From Chlamydia trachomatis (GTDB taxonomy: Bacteria > Chlamydiota > Chlamydiia > Chlamydiales > 2-12-FULL-49-11), in assembly GCA_945877885.1 (NCBI GenBank), contig CAMCSI010000001.1, forward strand, positions 677 through 24,676: a stretch of DNA of 24,000 nt, given 5' to 3'. The notes below the pieces were generated by a model. The model was not told where the DNA came from and ran no database searches. It was given only the letters and a program-made list of their open reading frames with translations. Both the position numbers and the translations under genes were made by a program. Positions 8,101 to 15,498 of the stretch are shown piece by piece (the first letter of the stretch is position 1; each line of letters starts with the position of its first letter).

Positions 8101-9739
8101 AGAGGTAGCAAAGCTTGCCGCTGATCTAAAAGCGGGATCATTAACCTATACCCCTGAAATCATTTCTGAAACAACCATCAGCCCAGAGCTTGGTTCAAAG
8201 GAACGAGCACAAGGTTTATTTGCCACTCTTGTGGCCTTTGTAGCCGTACTTGTTATCATGATCGGTTACTATAGATTTGCAGGAGTGATTGCCTCCATTG
8301 CCGTGGTGTTTAACATACTCATTATTTGGGCAACTCTTCAAAATCTTGGGGCATCACTCACTCTTGCAGGTATTGCAGGGATCATTTTAACCATTGGTAT
8401 GGCTGTTGACGCAAACGTGTTGATCTATGAGCGTATGAGAGAGGAGTTTGAAAATGATGGAAACATCATTAAAGCGATATCCACAGGCTATCAAAAGGCT
8501 TTTTCCGCTATTTTTGACTCAAATATTACCACGATCATTGCCGCATTGATCCTATTAAATTTCGATGCAGGACCTGTAAAAGGATTTGCCCTTACTTTGA
8601 TTATCGGTATCACTTCAAGCATGTTTACAGCCCTTTATATGACCAGAACATTCTTTAATTACTGGCAGAAAAAGGATAAAAAGCAAACCTTAACAATGCT
8701 AAATTTAATACCAAATTCGGGCATTGCCTTCATGAAATATGGCCGTTTGGCAACCATACTTTCTGTAATAATCATCATCATCGGTGGGGTTACTCTTTAT
8801 GAGCAAAGGCAAACCTTGTTTGGCATGGATTTTACAGGTGGAACCACACTTGAGATTGAAGTGGTTGCAAACCAGGCCCCTTCTCCTAAAGCAGAGGTTG
8901 AAAAAGCATTACTTGCAAGTGGGATGAAACAGGATGAATTTTCTTTACGGGAGTTAGACACCGCGTCTCATTTAAAAGTTTACTTAAGTAATTCCCTCAC
9001 TAATGCTGGAAGACCTTTTGCAAATTTACAAGCAAGAGCTGATTTTGATAATCTTAGCTACTCTTATGAGAAGAATCCAAAACTTACCTATTTTGTAGGC
9101 CTATTGAATAAGTCAGGAGTAATACTTACAGAAAAGTCATTAACTTCTTTAGATAAGAATTTCTCCAATATAAGCGGTCAGATGTCGGCCACCATGAGAA
9201 ATAATGCTCTATTTGGCTTAACTTTAGCCCTTCTTTCAATATTGATATATATCACCGTACGATTTGAATTTTCTTATGCATTAGCAGCCACCATCGGTCT
9301 TGTATTTGATCTACTTTTAACCCTTGCTATGCTTGGAATTTGTAAGTTGATTGGGGTGCAGTTAACCGTTGATCTTCAAACAATTGCAGCACTTATGACT
9401 ATTATCGGTTATTCTTTAAATGACACCATTATCGTCTTTGACAGAATCAGATCAGATCTTAAGGTGAAAAAAACGCAGCCACTGGTAGAGGTGATCAATG
9501 AGGCGTTGAATAAGACGTTATCTAGAACGATGATGACATCCCTTACAACGCTTGTAGTTCTTCTATCGCTTGTGATATTAGGTGGTAAGTCAATCTTCAA
9601 CTTCTCCTTCTTAATGATGATGGGAGTGATTATTGGAACATTCTCCTCATTATACATTGCAAGTACCTTTTTACTTTTATTTAAGCATAAGGAAAAGAAA
9701 GCCTCAAAATCTGCCTCCATTATTAGTATTCATGGGTAG
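5165..9739 (+). CDS. secDF: Fused protein-export membrane protein SecD/SecF with a very large N-terminal periplasmic extension
   Basis: I place the start at the ATG at 5165 (MQAREKRNALFVILAVSALTLYNILP, which is TM1, with an AAGGAA SD). The 52-codon extension from 5009 overlaps uppS, so I do not use it. Canonical SecD elements appear from about 7190 (HWGLDMAGGTAVRLAL). The RND-like TM bundle is at about 8220-8650 (GMAVDANVLIYERMREE). The SecF part starts at about 8700 (GMDFTGGT, then GYSLNDTIIVFDRIR). A fused giant SecDF is typical of Chlamydiae. Confidence 0.9.
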   Translation: MQAREKRNALFVILAVSALTLYNILPTIFFYSNDLKAPITLEKSTQIAKSIGERVNNLEGESIAWINSYCKLLHIKASKISLRESSPDLIEITFKTEKEARMFKNHMLRANELISFFPKRMTPVSNDDMKNILNESYNPKIVTLSREIPLHFDLNKMEKYFSFVEMYDKDGLVTPAYREVLDDRVTGICKGVLSESSTAANIEKAQGLYSKEQKVPFFMAVAESILNYKTIFENNPALLKKFYGSMFNSPSSSKSDLYNLCLQGFQLSLDSLIEAKVLLKEEIKKGGMDENDQTLAEISSLGALSKKETTLLDVITILKAKKSTFISKNPEVASYDLSSEVTNKKIEGAKNYTLSTGDLNPVISSIFVDYKEGTVSIEILKELLDFTATATAVQQRKINQLVFDEIAKVKNLSGEEIQKSGLTFSINLSGEKGAKSFLQFNLKEVAAEKISSLKTNLETFWDRSSETLSKENYKIFDWNGYKALEEQDKHFTLTFYSPLLDGKNSVKGFKNGSIYIIGKDILSLYNKISQEGFSEENSKIHEDLSALNSLIGNAGVTTYPGNVYPFGKEFKDDIIFEVTNFYESLLSATREDWKVMGSGKLATLAFSDVRNRILAVNNIENKEHADLLKWNDDYHRARANPEAEGHMSIPAPTKSPFFSNLALSTSKYFRGDERKILHWGLDMAGGTAVRLALKDKQNKAVKNEADINQGINELYRRVNKMGVSDVAIRKEGSFITMDFPATQSLSASELISSSSMTFHIVNEKFSMHNEKIRLSVNRFLQEVWNEAVVRGKTDAESIHQIAFIHLYGDEALEADGIARSDSGRVLLENGLRLAHPNAEISSDFNDEISKIAVMDGDGYADWNGMAHPLVFVFNNYALEGSSLNSITSGYDPSSGNYLSFSVNSEASGEKGVKVDPRNVLYTWTSVFSTSQMSDTKYSEYTGGGGWRLSAILNGRIISMPRLNDALKDNGRISGSFTQKEVAKLAADLKAGSLTYTPEIISETTISPELGSKERAQGLFATLVAFVAVLVIMIGYYRFAGVIASIAVVFNILIIWATLQNLGASLTLAGIAGIILTIGMAVDANVLIYERMREEFENDGNIIKAISTGYQKAFSAIFDSNITTIIAALILLNFDAGPVKGFALTLIIGITSSMFTALYMTRTFFNYWQKKDKKQTLTMLNLIPNSGIAFMKYGRLATILSVIIIIIGGVTLYEQRQTLFGMDFTGGTTLEIEVVANQAPSPKAEVEKALLASGMKQDEFSLRELDTASHLKVYLSNSLTNAGRPFANLQARADFDNLSYSYEKNPKLTYFVGLLNKSGVILTEKSLTSLDKNFSNISGQMSATMRNNALFGLTLALLSILIYITVRFEFSYALAATIGLVFDLLLTLAMLGICKLIGVQLTVDLQTIAALMTIIGYSLNDTIIVFDRIRSDLKVKKTQPLVEVINEALNKTLSRTMMTSLTTLVVLLSLVILGGKSIFNFSFLMMMGVIIGTFSSLYIASTFLLLFKHKEKKASKSASIISIHG

Positions 9740-9747
9740 GTTTACTA

Positions 9748-9775
9748 TTTGAAGGCTCCATCCCGAGCCTTCAAA
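9748..9775 (+). terminator. Stem-loop immediately after the secDF stop (possible terminator)
   Basis: An 11-bp perfect stem, TTTGAAGGCTC (9748-9758) pairing with GAGCCTTCAAA (9765-9775), encloses a 6-nt loop and begins 9 nt after the TAG. No U-tract follows, so function as an intrinsic terminator is uncertain. Confidence 0.4.
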
Positions 9776-9817
9776 CCCTTTAGTTCCCTTGATATAATAA
9801 CCAAGATAGGATACAAT
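9770..9817 (+). promoter_or_regulatory. Two overlapping candidate promoters for recJ
   Basis: The first is TTCAAA (9770-9775), 17 nt, TATAAT (9793-9798). The second is TTGATA (9789-9794), 17 nt, TACAAT (9812-9817). Both lie upstream of the recJ ATG at 9837. Confidence 0.4.
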
Positions 9818-9836
9818 CTGAAAAAAAGAAGTTTAA

Positions 9837-11582
9837 ATGAAATATAAACAGCCCCATTCAAACCTTCTATGGGTTTATCCTACAGAAAATAAACCGCTAG
9901 TTGATTATTTCATCTCTGAATTTCATATTCATCCAGCTACAGCTCAAGTTCTAGTCTCAAGAAAATTTACGAAAAAAACTGATGTTCATAAATTTCTCTA
10001 TTCAAAGCTCCCCCATCTTATTCCACCAGAAAAATTAAGTGAAATTGACAACGCCACCTCTAGACTTCATCAAGCTTTAAAAAAGAATGAAAATATTTTA
10101 ATTTTTGGTGATAACGATGTTGATGGAATCACTGGCACTGCTCTTTTAGTAGACTTTTTACGTGCTTTAGGTGCCTCTGTCTTTTTTTACATTGTCTCAA
10201 GAACCTCCGATCGTGGAAATACCATTTTAGATTCTCTTGATTATGCTAAGGCAAATAATTGTACACTACTTATCACTGTTGATTGCGGTATTACTGCTGC
10301 CGATGAAGTGGAGGAAATTACTAAAAATGGAATAGATGTGATTATCACTGATCACCATGAGCCCACTGACCGAATCCCTCATTGTATAGCTACGTTAAAC
10401 CCAAAATTAAAGGGAAGTAAGTATTCGAATAAAGATTTGACGGGTGTAGGCGTTGCATTTAAGTTTGCGCATGCAATGATGAATATTCTTGCAAAAAATG
10501 GGGAAGTGCAGGCAGATTTAATCGATTTAAGACGATATCTTGATCTTGTTGCCCTTGGCACTATTTCTGATATGGGCGCGCTCACTGGAGAAAATAGGAT
10601 CTTAGTAAGATATGGGATTGAACAGCTCAGAAAGACTCAAAGAGTTGGTCTTTTAAAGCTTATTCATGTATCTGAAGTAAATCCTGAAGAGATCACCACC
10701 TCCGATGTTGCTTCTAAGGTAGCCCCAAGACTCAACAGCCTAGGAAGAATTGACAACCCTATCAAAGGGGTGAATTTACTACTGGTAAGAGATATGGGAG
10801 AGGCAGAGGCTCTTGCTCGTGATTTGGATCAAATGAACCAAAAAAGGCAGAAAATTGAGCGGAAGGATACGGAAAATCTTGATAAAGAAATCTCTGAAAA
10901 CCCAGCACTTGTCAAAAATAATGCGATTGTCTTGCACTCTTATACCTGGCATTCAGGCATTATTGCCATCCTGGCGACTAAGATCTCCAAGCTTTACAAC
11001 AAACCAACTATTGTAATTACCATAAAAGATGGGATCGGCAAAGGTTCTATCAGAACAATCCCTGAATTCCCAGTTCTTGATATTTTAAAGAAGAATAAGG
11101 ATTTACTGATTAATTTTGGTGGTCATGATTATGCATGCGGTCTTACTATTAAAGAAGAAAACATCCCCATTTTGAAAGAGCGCTTTATAAAGGATGCTCA
11201 AATCAATTTGAAAGAAAAAGATGTGCAACCAAAATTATATTTAGATGCACAAATCTCTTTTATGGATTTAACCTTTGAATTTTTAGAGTCTTTAACCCTG
11301 CTTGAACCTTACGGCATGGAAAACCCTCAAGTCACATTATATGCGACAGCAACACAAGTTCACCCCCCTAAAATCATAGGGAAAAACCATTTGAAATTTT
11401 CTTTAGAAGATGGCGATCGATACCTTGAAGGGATTGGATTTAATATGGCCAACAGAAAACCTTCACTTCTTAAAAAGAATGTGAAGCTTCTCATCGCCTT
11501 TACCCCTCATATCAATGCCTACCTGAATAAATCTTCGATTCAATTACAAATCAAAGATTTCATCGTATTAGAAGAGAGTTAA
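9837..11582 (+). CDS. recJ: Single-stranded-DNA-specific exonuclease RecJ
   Basis: DHH-family motifs are present: IFGDNDVDGITG, ITVDCGI, IITDHHEP and GTISDM. The DHHA1 motif GGHDYACG is also present. The length of 581 aa is typical. Confidence 0.9.
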   Translation: MKYKQPHSNLLWVYPTENKPLVDYFISEFHIHPATAQVLVSRKFTKKTDVHKFLYSKLPHLIPPEKLSEIDNATSRLHQALKKNENILIFGDNDVDGITGTALLVDFLRALGASVFFYIVSRTSDRGNTILDSLDYAKANNCTLLITVDCGITAADEVEEITKNGIDVIITDHHEPTDRIPHCIATLNPKLKGSKYSNKDLTGVGVAFKFAHAMMNILAKNGEVQADLIDLRRYLDLVALGTISDMGALTGENRILVRYGIEQLRKTQRVGLLKLIHVSEVNPEEITTSDVASKVAPRLNSLGRIDNPIKGVNLLLVRDMGEAEALARDLDQMNQKRQKIERKDTENLDKEISENPALVKNNAIVLHSYTWHSGIIAILATKISKLYNKPTIVITIKDGIGKGSIRTIPEFPVLDILKKNKDLLINFGGHDYACGLTIKEENIPILKERFIKDAQINLKEKDVQPKLYLDAQISFMDLTFEFLESLTLLEPYGMENPQVTLYATATQVHPPKIIGKNHLKFSLEDGDRYLEGIGFNMANRKPSLLKKNVKLLIAFTPHINAYLNKSSIQLQIKDFIVLEES

Positions 11583-11593
11583 CCCCTATTAAA

Positions 11594-11627
11594 AGACCAC
11601 TAGTAAATAATTATTTAACAGTGGTCT
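11594..11627. terminator. Long imperfect palindrome between the convergent recJ and euo genes (possible bidirectional terminator)
   Basis: AGACCACT (11594-11601) pairs with AGTGGTCT (11620-11627). Inside, after a 2x2 mismatch, is the 14-nt perfect palindrome TAAATAATTATTTA. It lies in the 66-bp gap between two converging stop codons. Flanking T-tracts are short. Confidence 0.45.
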
Positions 11628-11648
11628 ATGAGAGGTCTCTTTACTAAA

Positions 11649-12113
11649 TTACATAGCCTCGCTTGAGGTTTCAGTATTTACAATTCTTTGATTTAGGTAA
11701 TTTTCCTGGTAATTCTTCACATCTTCATTATGAATTACCCACGCAGCACCTTTTCTAACAGCTTTTAATAAGCCAATTCTTGTTGCGTAATAGATCTTTT
11801 GCGGTGGAACACCAAGCATTTTAGCCACTTGATTTACAGAAAAATATCCTTTATGGTTGTCAAATACTAACTCACCATCAAACATAGATTTTGCTCTTGA
11901 ATATTTCTTTCTTCTATATTCTTCTAAATCTCCTAAATCAATTGTCCAACGTGTAGCATCTTTAGAAGCTCTAAGCTTTCTTTGCTTAATAGCTACATAA
12001 ATTGCCTGACGCGTTACGTTATTAATTCTAGCTGCTTCTGTAATTGAAACAACCCTTACTCCAGCATTAGCCTGAACTTGCTGATTTTCCATCATTTCTT
12101 TTTCCTCAAACAT
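11649..12113 (-). CDS. euo: EUO-family DNA-binding protein (Chlamydiae-specific repressor of late genes), two HTH repeats
   Basis: The 154-aa product has two excisionase/MerR-like HTH units: ITEAARINNVTRQAIYVAIKQRKLRA and VNQVAKMLGVPPQKIYYATRIGLLKA. The blocks KYSRAKS, FDNHKGYFSV and RKGAAWVIH match my recollection of chlamydial EUO. A GAGGAGG SD lies 8 nt upstream of the ATG. The gene sits next to recJ, as euo does in Chlamydiaceae. Confidence 0.7.
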   Translation of the reverse strand: MFEEKEMMENQQVQANAGVRVVSITEAARINNVTRQAIYVAIKQRKLRASKDATRWTIDLGDLEEYRRKKYSRAKSMFDGELVFDNHKGYFSVNQVAKMLGVPPQKIYYATRIGLLKAVRKGAAWVIHNEDVKNYQENYLNQRIVNTETSSEAM

Positions 12114-12266
12114 TTTATTATCCTCCTCTCTTAAGATAATTTAAAAAGGCAGCTAACATACTTTTAAAGGTTTCCCTATAATTAAAAAAGTCCGTTAGTT
12201 ACCTCGTTTTTCCATTTTATTAATTCTTTTACCCTTTTGAATAAGTAATTTTGCCATAAAAAAAGA

Positions 12267-12278
12267 ATTGATATCAAT
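12267..12278. promoter_or_regulatory. Perfect 12-bp palindrome in the euo-tsp divergent intergenic region (possible operator)
   Basis: ATTGATATCAAT at 12267-12278 lies within the 309-bp AT-rich spacer between the divergent euo and tsp genes. Any function is inferred from symmetry and position only. Confidence 0.25.
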
Positions 12279-12422
12279 CTTTTTCATCCAAAAACGTAAA
12301 AAAATTAGCAATTTATGTATAATTTGCGGCAAAATATCTCTTTGGCATAAGAAATATTTTGTTTTTTGCTAGATTGAAAGGCTTAATTACACTATGCTGC
12401 GGACAAATTAAAGGATTTTGCA

Positions 12423-14351
12423 ATGATAAAAAATTTTATTAAATTATTATTAACTATATTGTTATCAAGTACATATACTCTAAATGCTTATGTACCTCCC
12501 CCCCACCTTACCCCCCATGACACCTACGAAAAGACCCAAGAGATCCTAAAAGTTCATGCAAAGTACAAAAAACTTGATAAAGAGCTTATGGCAAGAACTT
12601 TAAAAATATTTATTGACAAAATTGACCCACTTAAGGTCTATCTACTTAAGGGTGAGGTAGATGTGTACACCAACCCCTCTGATAACCTCCTCTCAGTTGC
12701 TGTAGAAGATTTTGAGCATAAGAACTTTACGTTTTTTTCATCCCTATACAGCACCTTCCTAGTAGCTGTAGATCGACGCAACAGTATAGAATCAGATATC
12801 TTCTATCATGACCTTCCAAAAGCGGTCGCTTTCAAAGATATTGAAGAAATGGGTCATCCAGTTTCTATTAATGAGTGTAAAGAAAAGCTTCGCATGATTA
12901 AAGCCTTACAAGAAGACTCTATTTCACTACTGGATACAGAAAAGCAAGAAAAACAACGAGCTTTTATCCTTAGAAAGAGGATTAACTATGAAAAGGAGCT
13001 TAAAACTGAGTCAAACCTTGAACGGGCAAGAATGGTACATGCCTTTTTCCTTAAAAGTGTAGCAGAGGCCCTTGACTCTCATACTACCTACTTCACTCCC
13101 CATGAAGCCAAGCAATTCCTAGTTCAGGTACAGCAGCGTTTATTTGGAATAGGAGCCCTTCTTGCTGATACTATGGATGGTCTGCAAGTACAAAAAGTGA
13201 TTGAAGGAGGCCCTGCCTTTGTAGAAAAATCCCTTAAAAAGGGAGATAAAATTATTGCCGTAGATAACACCTCCATCATTGGGATGGATCTATCTGAAGC
13301 CGTTGAGCTCATTCGAGGCCCAAGGAAGACTAAAGTGATCCTTTCTATAGTGCGTATAAAAGATGATACCAAACAAAATTTTGACGTAGAAATCACCCGT
13401 GATGAAATTATCGTAAATGAAAGTAGATTTACAGCCACAACCGAACCTTGTGGTGACGGAGTTATCGCTCACCTTCACCTACACTCCTTTTACGCTGACC
13501 CAAAAACCTCTTCTGAAAAGGATTTAAAAAACGCGCTGTTACAAATCCAGAAGGAACATAAGGTTAAAGGGGTTGTTCTTGATTTAAGAAATAATGGAGG
13601 CGGTCTTTTATCTGAAGCGATCAATGTATCCTCTCTTTTTATCAATAAAGGGGTAGTTGCAGCAATTCGTACCCATACAGGGGAAGTAAGTCGTCTTCGA
13701 AACCTAAATGACAATAAAGTTTGGGACGGTCCCCTTATTGTTTTGACAAATGAGTGTTCTGCCTCTGCCTCAGAAATCGTTGCCCTAGCCCTTTCTGACT
13801 ATGGCCGCGCTATTGTTGTGGGCGGCAAAAGTACCTTTGGGAAAGGTACGCACCAATCAGGAACGTTTTTTGATCTTACCCCTGATCGAGTAAACCCTAA
13901 AGGAGAATATAAAGTAACTGGTGGAATGTACTACACGGTAGGAGGCAAAACTCCACAGCTGGTTGGCGTTGCATCTGATATTGTGGTCCCTGGCATTTAC
14001 TCTAAAGCAGAAATTGGAGAAAAGTTCACTAAATACCCTCTTGAAAACGACTCCATTGACCCTTTATTTGAAGATGATCTTGCAGATGTTCACCCATTAT
14101 ATCGATTTAAAATCAAAAAAGCGCTGCAAAGTAATCTTCAAGAAAAAGAATCGGTCGCAAAATACATCCCACTTCTAGAAAAGTCCTCAAAAGATCGTAT
14201 TGAAACCAATAAAGATTACCAAAACTTCTTAAAAGCTCTTGAAAATCCTTCCGATACCACCTACTATGATGAACTCTTCTCCCAAGAAGATCTTCAACTT
14301 ACAGAATGTATGAATATCATGAAAGAGTATGTGCTTATTCACGGTAAATAA
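12423..14351 (+). CDS. tsp: Tail-specific (C-terminal processing) protease, peptidase family S41, with PDZ domain
   Basis: There is a signal peptide (LLLTILLSSTYTLNA). The PDZ domain reads GIGALLADTMDGLQVQKVIEGGPA...GDKIIAVDN. The S41 catalytic blocks are DLRNNGGG, NECSASASEIVA (Ser) and TFGKGT (Lys). An AAGGA SD lies 7 nt upstream. Confidence 0.85.
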   Translation: MIKNFIKLLLTILLSSTYTLNAYVPPPHLTPHDTYEKTQEILKVHAKYKKLDKELMARTLKIFIDKIDPLKVYLLKGEVDVYTNPSDNLLSVAVEDFEHKNFTFFSSLYSTFLVAVDRRNSIESDIFYHDLPKAVAFKDIEEMGHPVSINECKEKLRMIKALQEDSISLLDTEKQEKQRAFILRKRINYEKELKTESNLERARMVHAFFLKSVAEALDSHTTYFTPHEAKQFLVQVQQRLFGIGALLADTMDGLQVQKVIEGGPAFVEKSLKKGDKIIAVDNTSIIGMDLSEAVELIRGPRKTKVILSIVRIKDDTKQNFDVEITRDEIIVNESRFTATTEPCGDGVIAHLHLHSFYADPKTSSEKDLKNALLQIQKEHKVKGVVLDLRNNGGGLLSEAINVSSLFINKGVVAAIRTHTGEVSRLRNLNDNKVWDGPLIVLTNECSASASEIVALALSDYGRAIVVGGKSTFGKGTHQSGTFFDLTPDRVNPKGEYKVTGGMYYTVGGKTPQLVGVASDIVVPGIYSKAEIGEKFTKYPLENDSIDPLFEDDLADVHPLYRFKIKKALQSNLQEKESVAKYIPLLEKSSKDRIETNKDYQNFLKALENPSDTTYYDELFSQEDLQLTECMNIMKEYVLIHGK

Positions 14352-14359
14352 CGGCTTAA

Positions 14360-15352
14360 TTACTTGTTTGCCCCACCACCAAGAGGATTTGCCCTTTGCT
14401 CATAAAGTGTAAAGCAACGCTCTTGAAAGAAACCCTGCAGGGTGGCTGGTATCTTACTAATCTGATTTTTTTCAAGGGTAAGCTCTCTAAGATTACTCAA
14501 ACGATAAAGATTATCGGGCAATTCAGTAAGGTTATTCTCGCTTAACTCAATCGCTCTAAGCCCATTAAGGTTACAGATACTGTCCGGCAGGCAATGAATT
14601 CGATTTCTTCTTAGCTCAAGAATGATTAACTTTACCAAGCTTCCTATTTCAGATGGCAAAACGCCTATTTGATTCTCATATAAATAAAGGTAATTAAGCT
14701 TAGTCAATTGACCTATTTCTGCCGGTAAATAGTTGATTAGATTAGAACCTAAATGAAGATCTCTTAAATTAGTCAATTCCCCAATGAATCTAGGAATGTT
14801 CATGATAGAATTATCCCCCAATAAAAGAGTACGTAGCCCTGTGAAAAATCTCATTTCATCTGGTATACATAAAAGATTTTTCCCCGTTAAATTTAGCAAA
14901 GTTATTTCCCTAACAGTTATTTGATGATCCTCATTTGCAAACCATCTTCTTATCTCTTGCGCCGGCCCTGTTGGGATGGAAAGAAAAGGAAGGTTTTTTA
15001 GCAAAACTTTAGCAAGTATCCCAAGAGCCCCATCTTGTAATAGTTGCCTATACCTACTAAATAGTTCAGTACACCCTCTCAGATCAAACGTCTCTATGTC
15101 AAATATGGCTTTTTTAAATAAATAATTTACCTTTTCTGATACCTGGGGAAGATTATCTTTATTCTTAATGTGCTCGATACTTAAATTTTTTAGATAAGAA
15201 AATAAATCATCGTTTTCTTTTCGTAATGTTTTAAGCAACGAAAACATATTTCTGAGCTGAATGACTTCAAAAGATTTTGAAACTGATTTTACCTCTAGTG
15301 GAACAAATTCAGCAATTAATCCCATAAACTCATAGTTAAATAATCTTTCCAT
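14360..15352 (-). CDS. Leucine-rich-repeat protein (seven 23-residue eukaryote-type LRRs) with an uncharacterised N-terminal domain
   Basis: Residues about 150-310 form seven tandem 23-aa repeats fitting LxxLxLxxNxIxxLPxxIGxLxx, for example LRDLHLGSNLINYLPAEIGQLTK, LNYLYLYENQIGVLPSEIGSLVK and LIILELRRNRIHCLPDSICNLNG. There is no N-terminal signal peptide. The first 145 or so residues have no motif I recognise with confidence. Confidence 0.8.
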   Translation of the reverse strand: MERLFNYEFMGLIAEFVPLEVKSVSKSFEVIQLRNMFSLLKTLRKENDDLFSYLKNLSIEHIKNKDNLPQVSEKVNYLFKKAIFDIETFDLRGCTELFSRYRQLLQDGALGILAKVLLKNLPFLSIPTGPAQEIRRWFANEDHQITVREITLLNLTGKNLLCIPDEMRFFTGLRTLLLGDNSIMNIPRFIGELTNLRDLHLGSNLINYLPAEIGQLTKLNYLYLYENQIGVLPSEIGSLVKLIILELRRNRIHCLPDSICNLNGLRAIELSENNLTELPDNLYRLSNLRELTLEKNQISKIPATLQGFFQERCFTLYEQRANPLGGGANK

Positions 15353-15381
15353 TTTAAACCATTATAAATAATAAGCGTATA

Positions 15382-15410
15382 ATTTTAGAAAATTTTTTAA
15401 TTTAAAGCAA
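15382..15410 (-). promoter_or_regulatory. Candidate promoter for the LRR gene
   Basis: The minus strand reads TTGCTT (complement of 15405-15410), 17 nt, TAAAAT (complement of 15382-15387). A second TATAAT (complement of 15361-15366) lies 8 nt from the ATG but has no good -35. Confidence 0.35.
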
Positions 15411-15462
15411 GGCTATTTCCTCTCTAAATTCTGCTTACCAAAAGAAGTCTAATGAAAGGGAT

Positions 15463-15491
15463 TTGCAAAAACTCTAAAGATCAGTTATACT
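15463..15491 (+). promoter_or_regulatory. Near-consensus promoter abutting the gltX start codon
   Basis: TTGCAA (15463-15468), a spacer of exactly 17 nt, then TATACT (15486-15491). The gltX ATG begins at 15499, only 7 nt after the -10 hexamer, and there is no SD. Confidence 0.5.
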
Positions 15492-15498
15492 ATTTTCC

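Noticed and set aside
6569-9720. Minus-strand ORFs inside secDF (6569-6787, 7066-7287, 7361-7579, 9409-9720)
   Set aside because: They lie entirely antisense to a strongly supported long CDS, have low-complexity or odd composition and no motifs or SDs. These are shadow ORFs typical of AT-rich coding DNA.
10369-10378. 10-nt identity (CGAATCCCTC) between the tRNA-Ser T-arm/3' region and a site in recJ, considered as a possible att-type direct repeat of a tRNA-integrated island
   Set aside because: The match is only 10 nt, lies inside a conserved coding sequence 12.8 kb away, and no integrase or mobile genes lie in between. It is consistent with chance.
13124-14178. ORFs overlapping tsp (13124-13438, 13290-13478 and 13490-13714 on the minus strand; 13963-14178 on the plus strand, out of frame)
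   Set aside because: They are embedded in the S41 protease CDS, whose PDZ and catalytic motifs confirm the annotated frame. None has supporting features.
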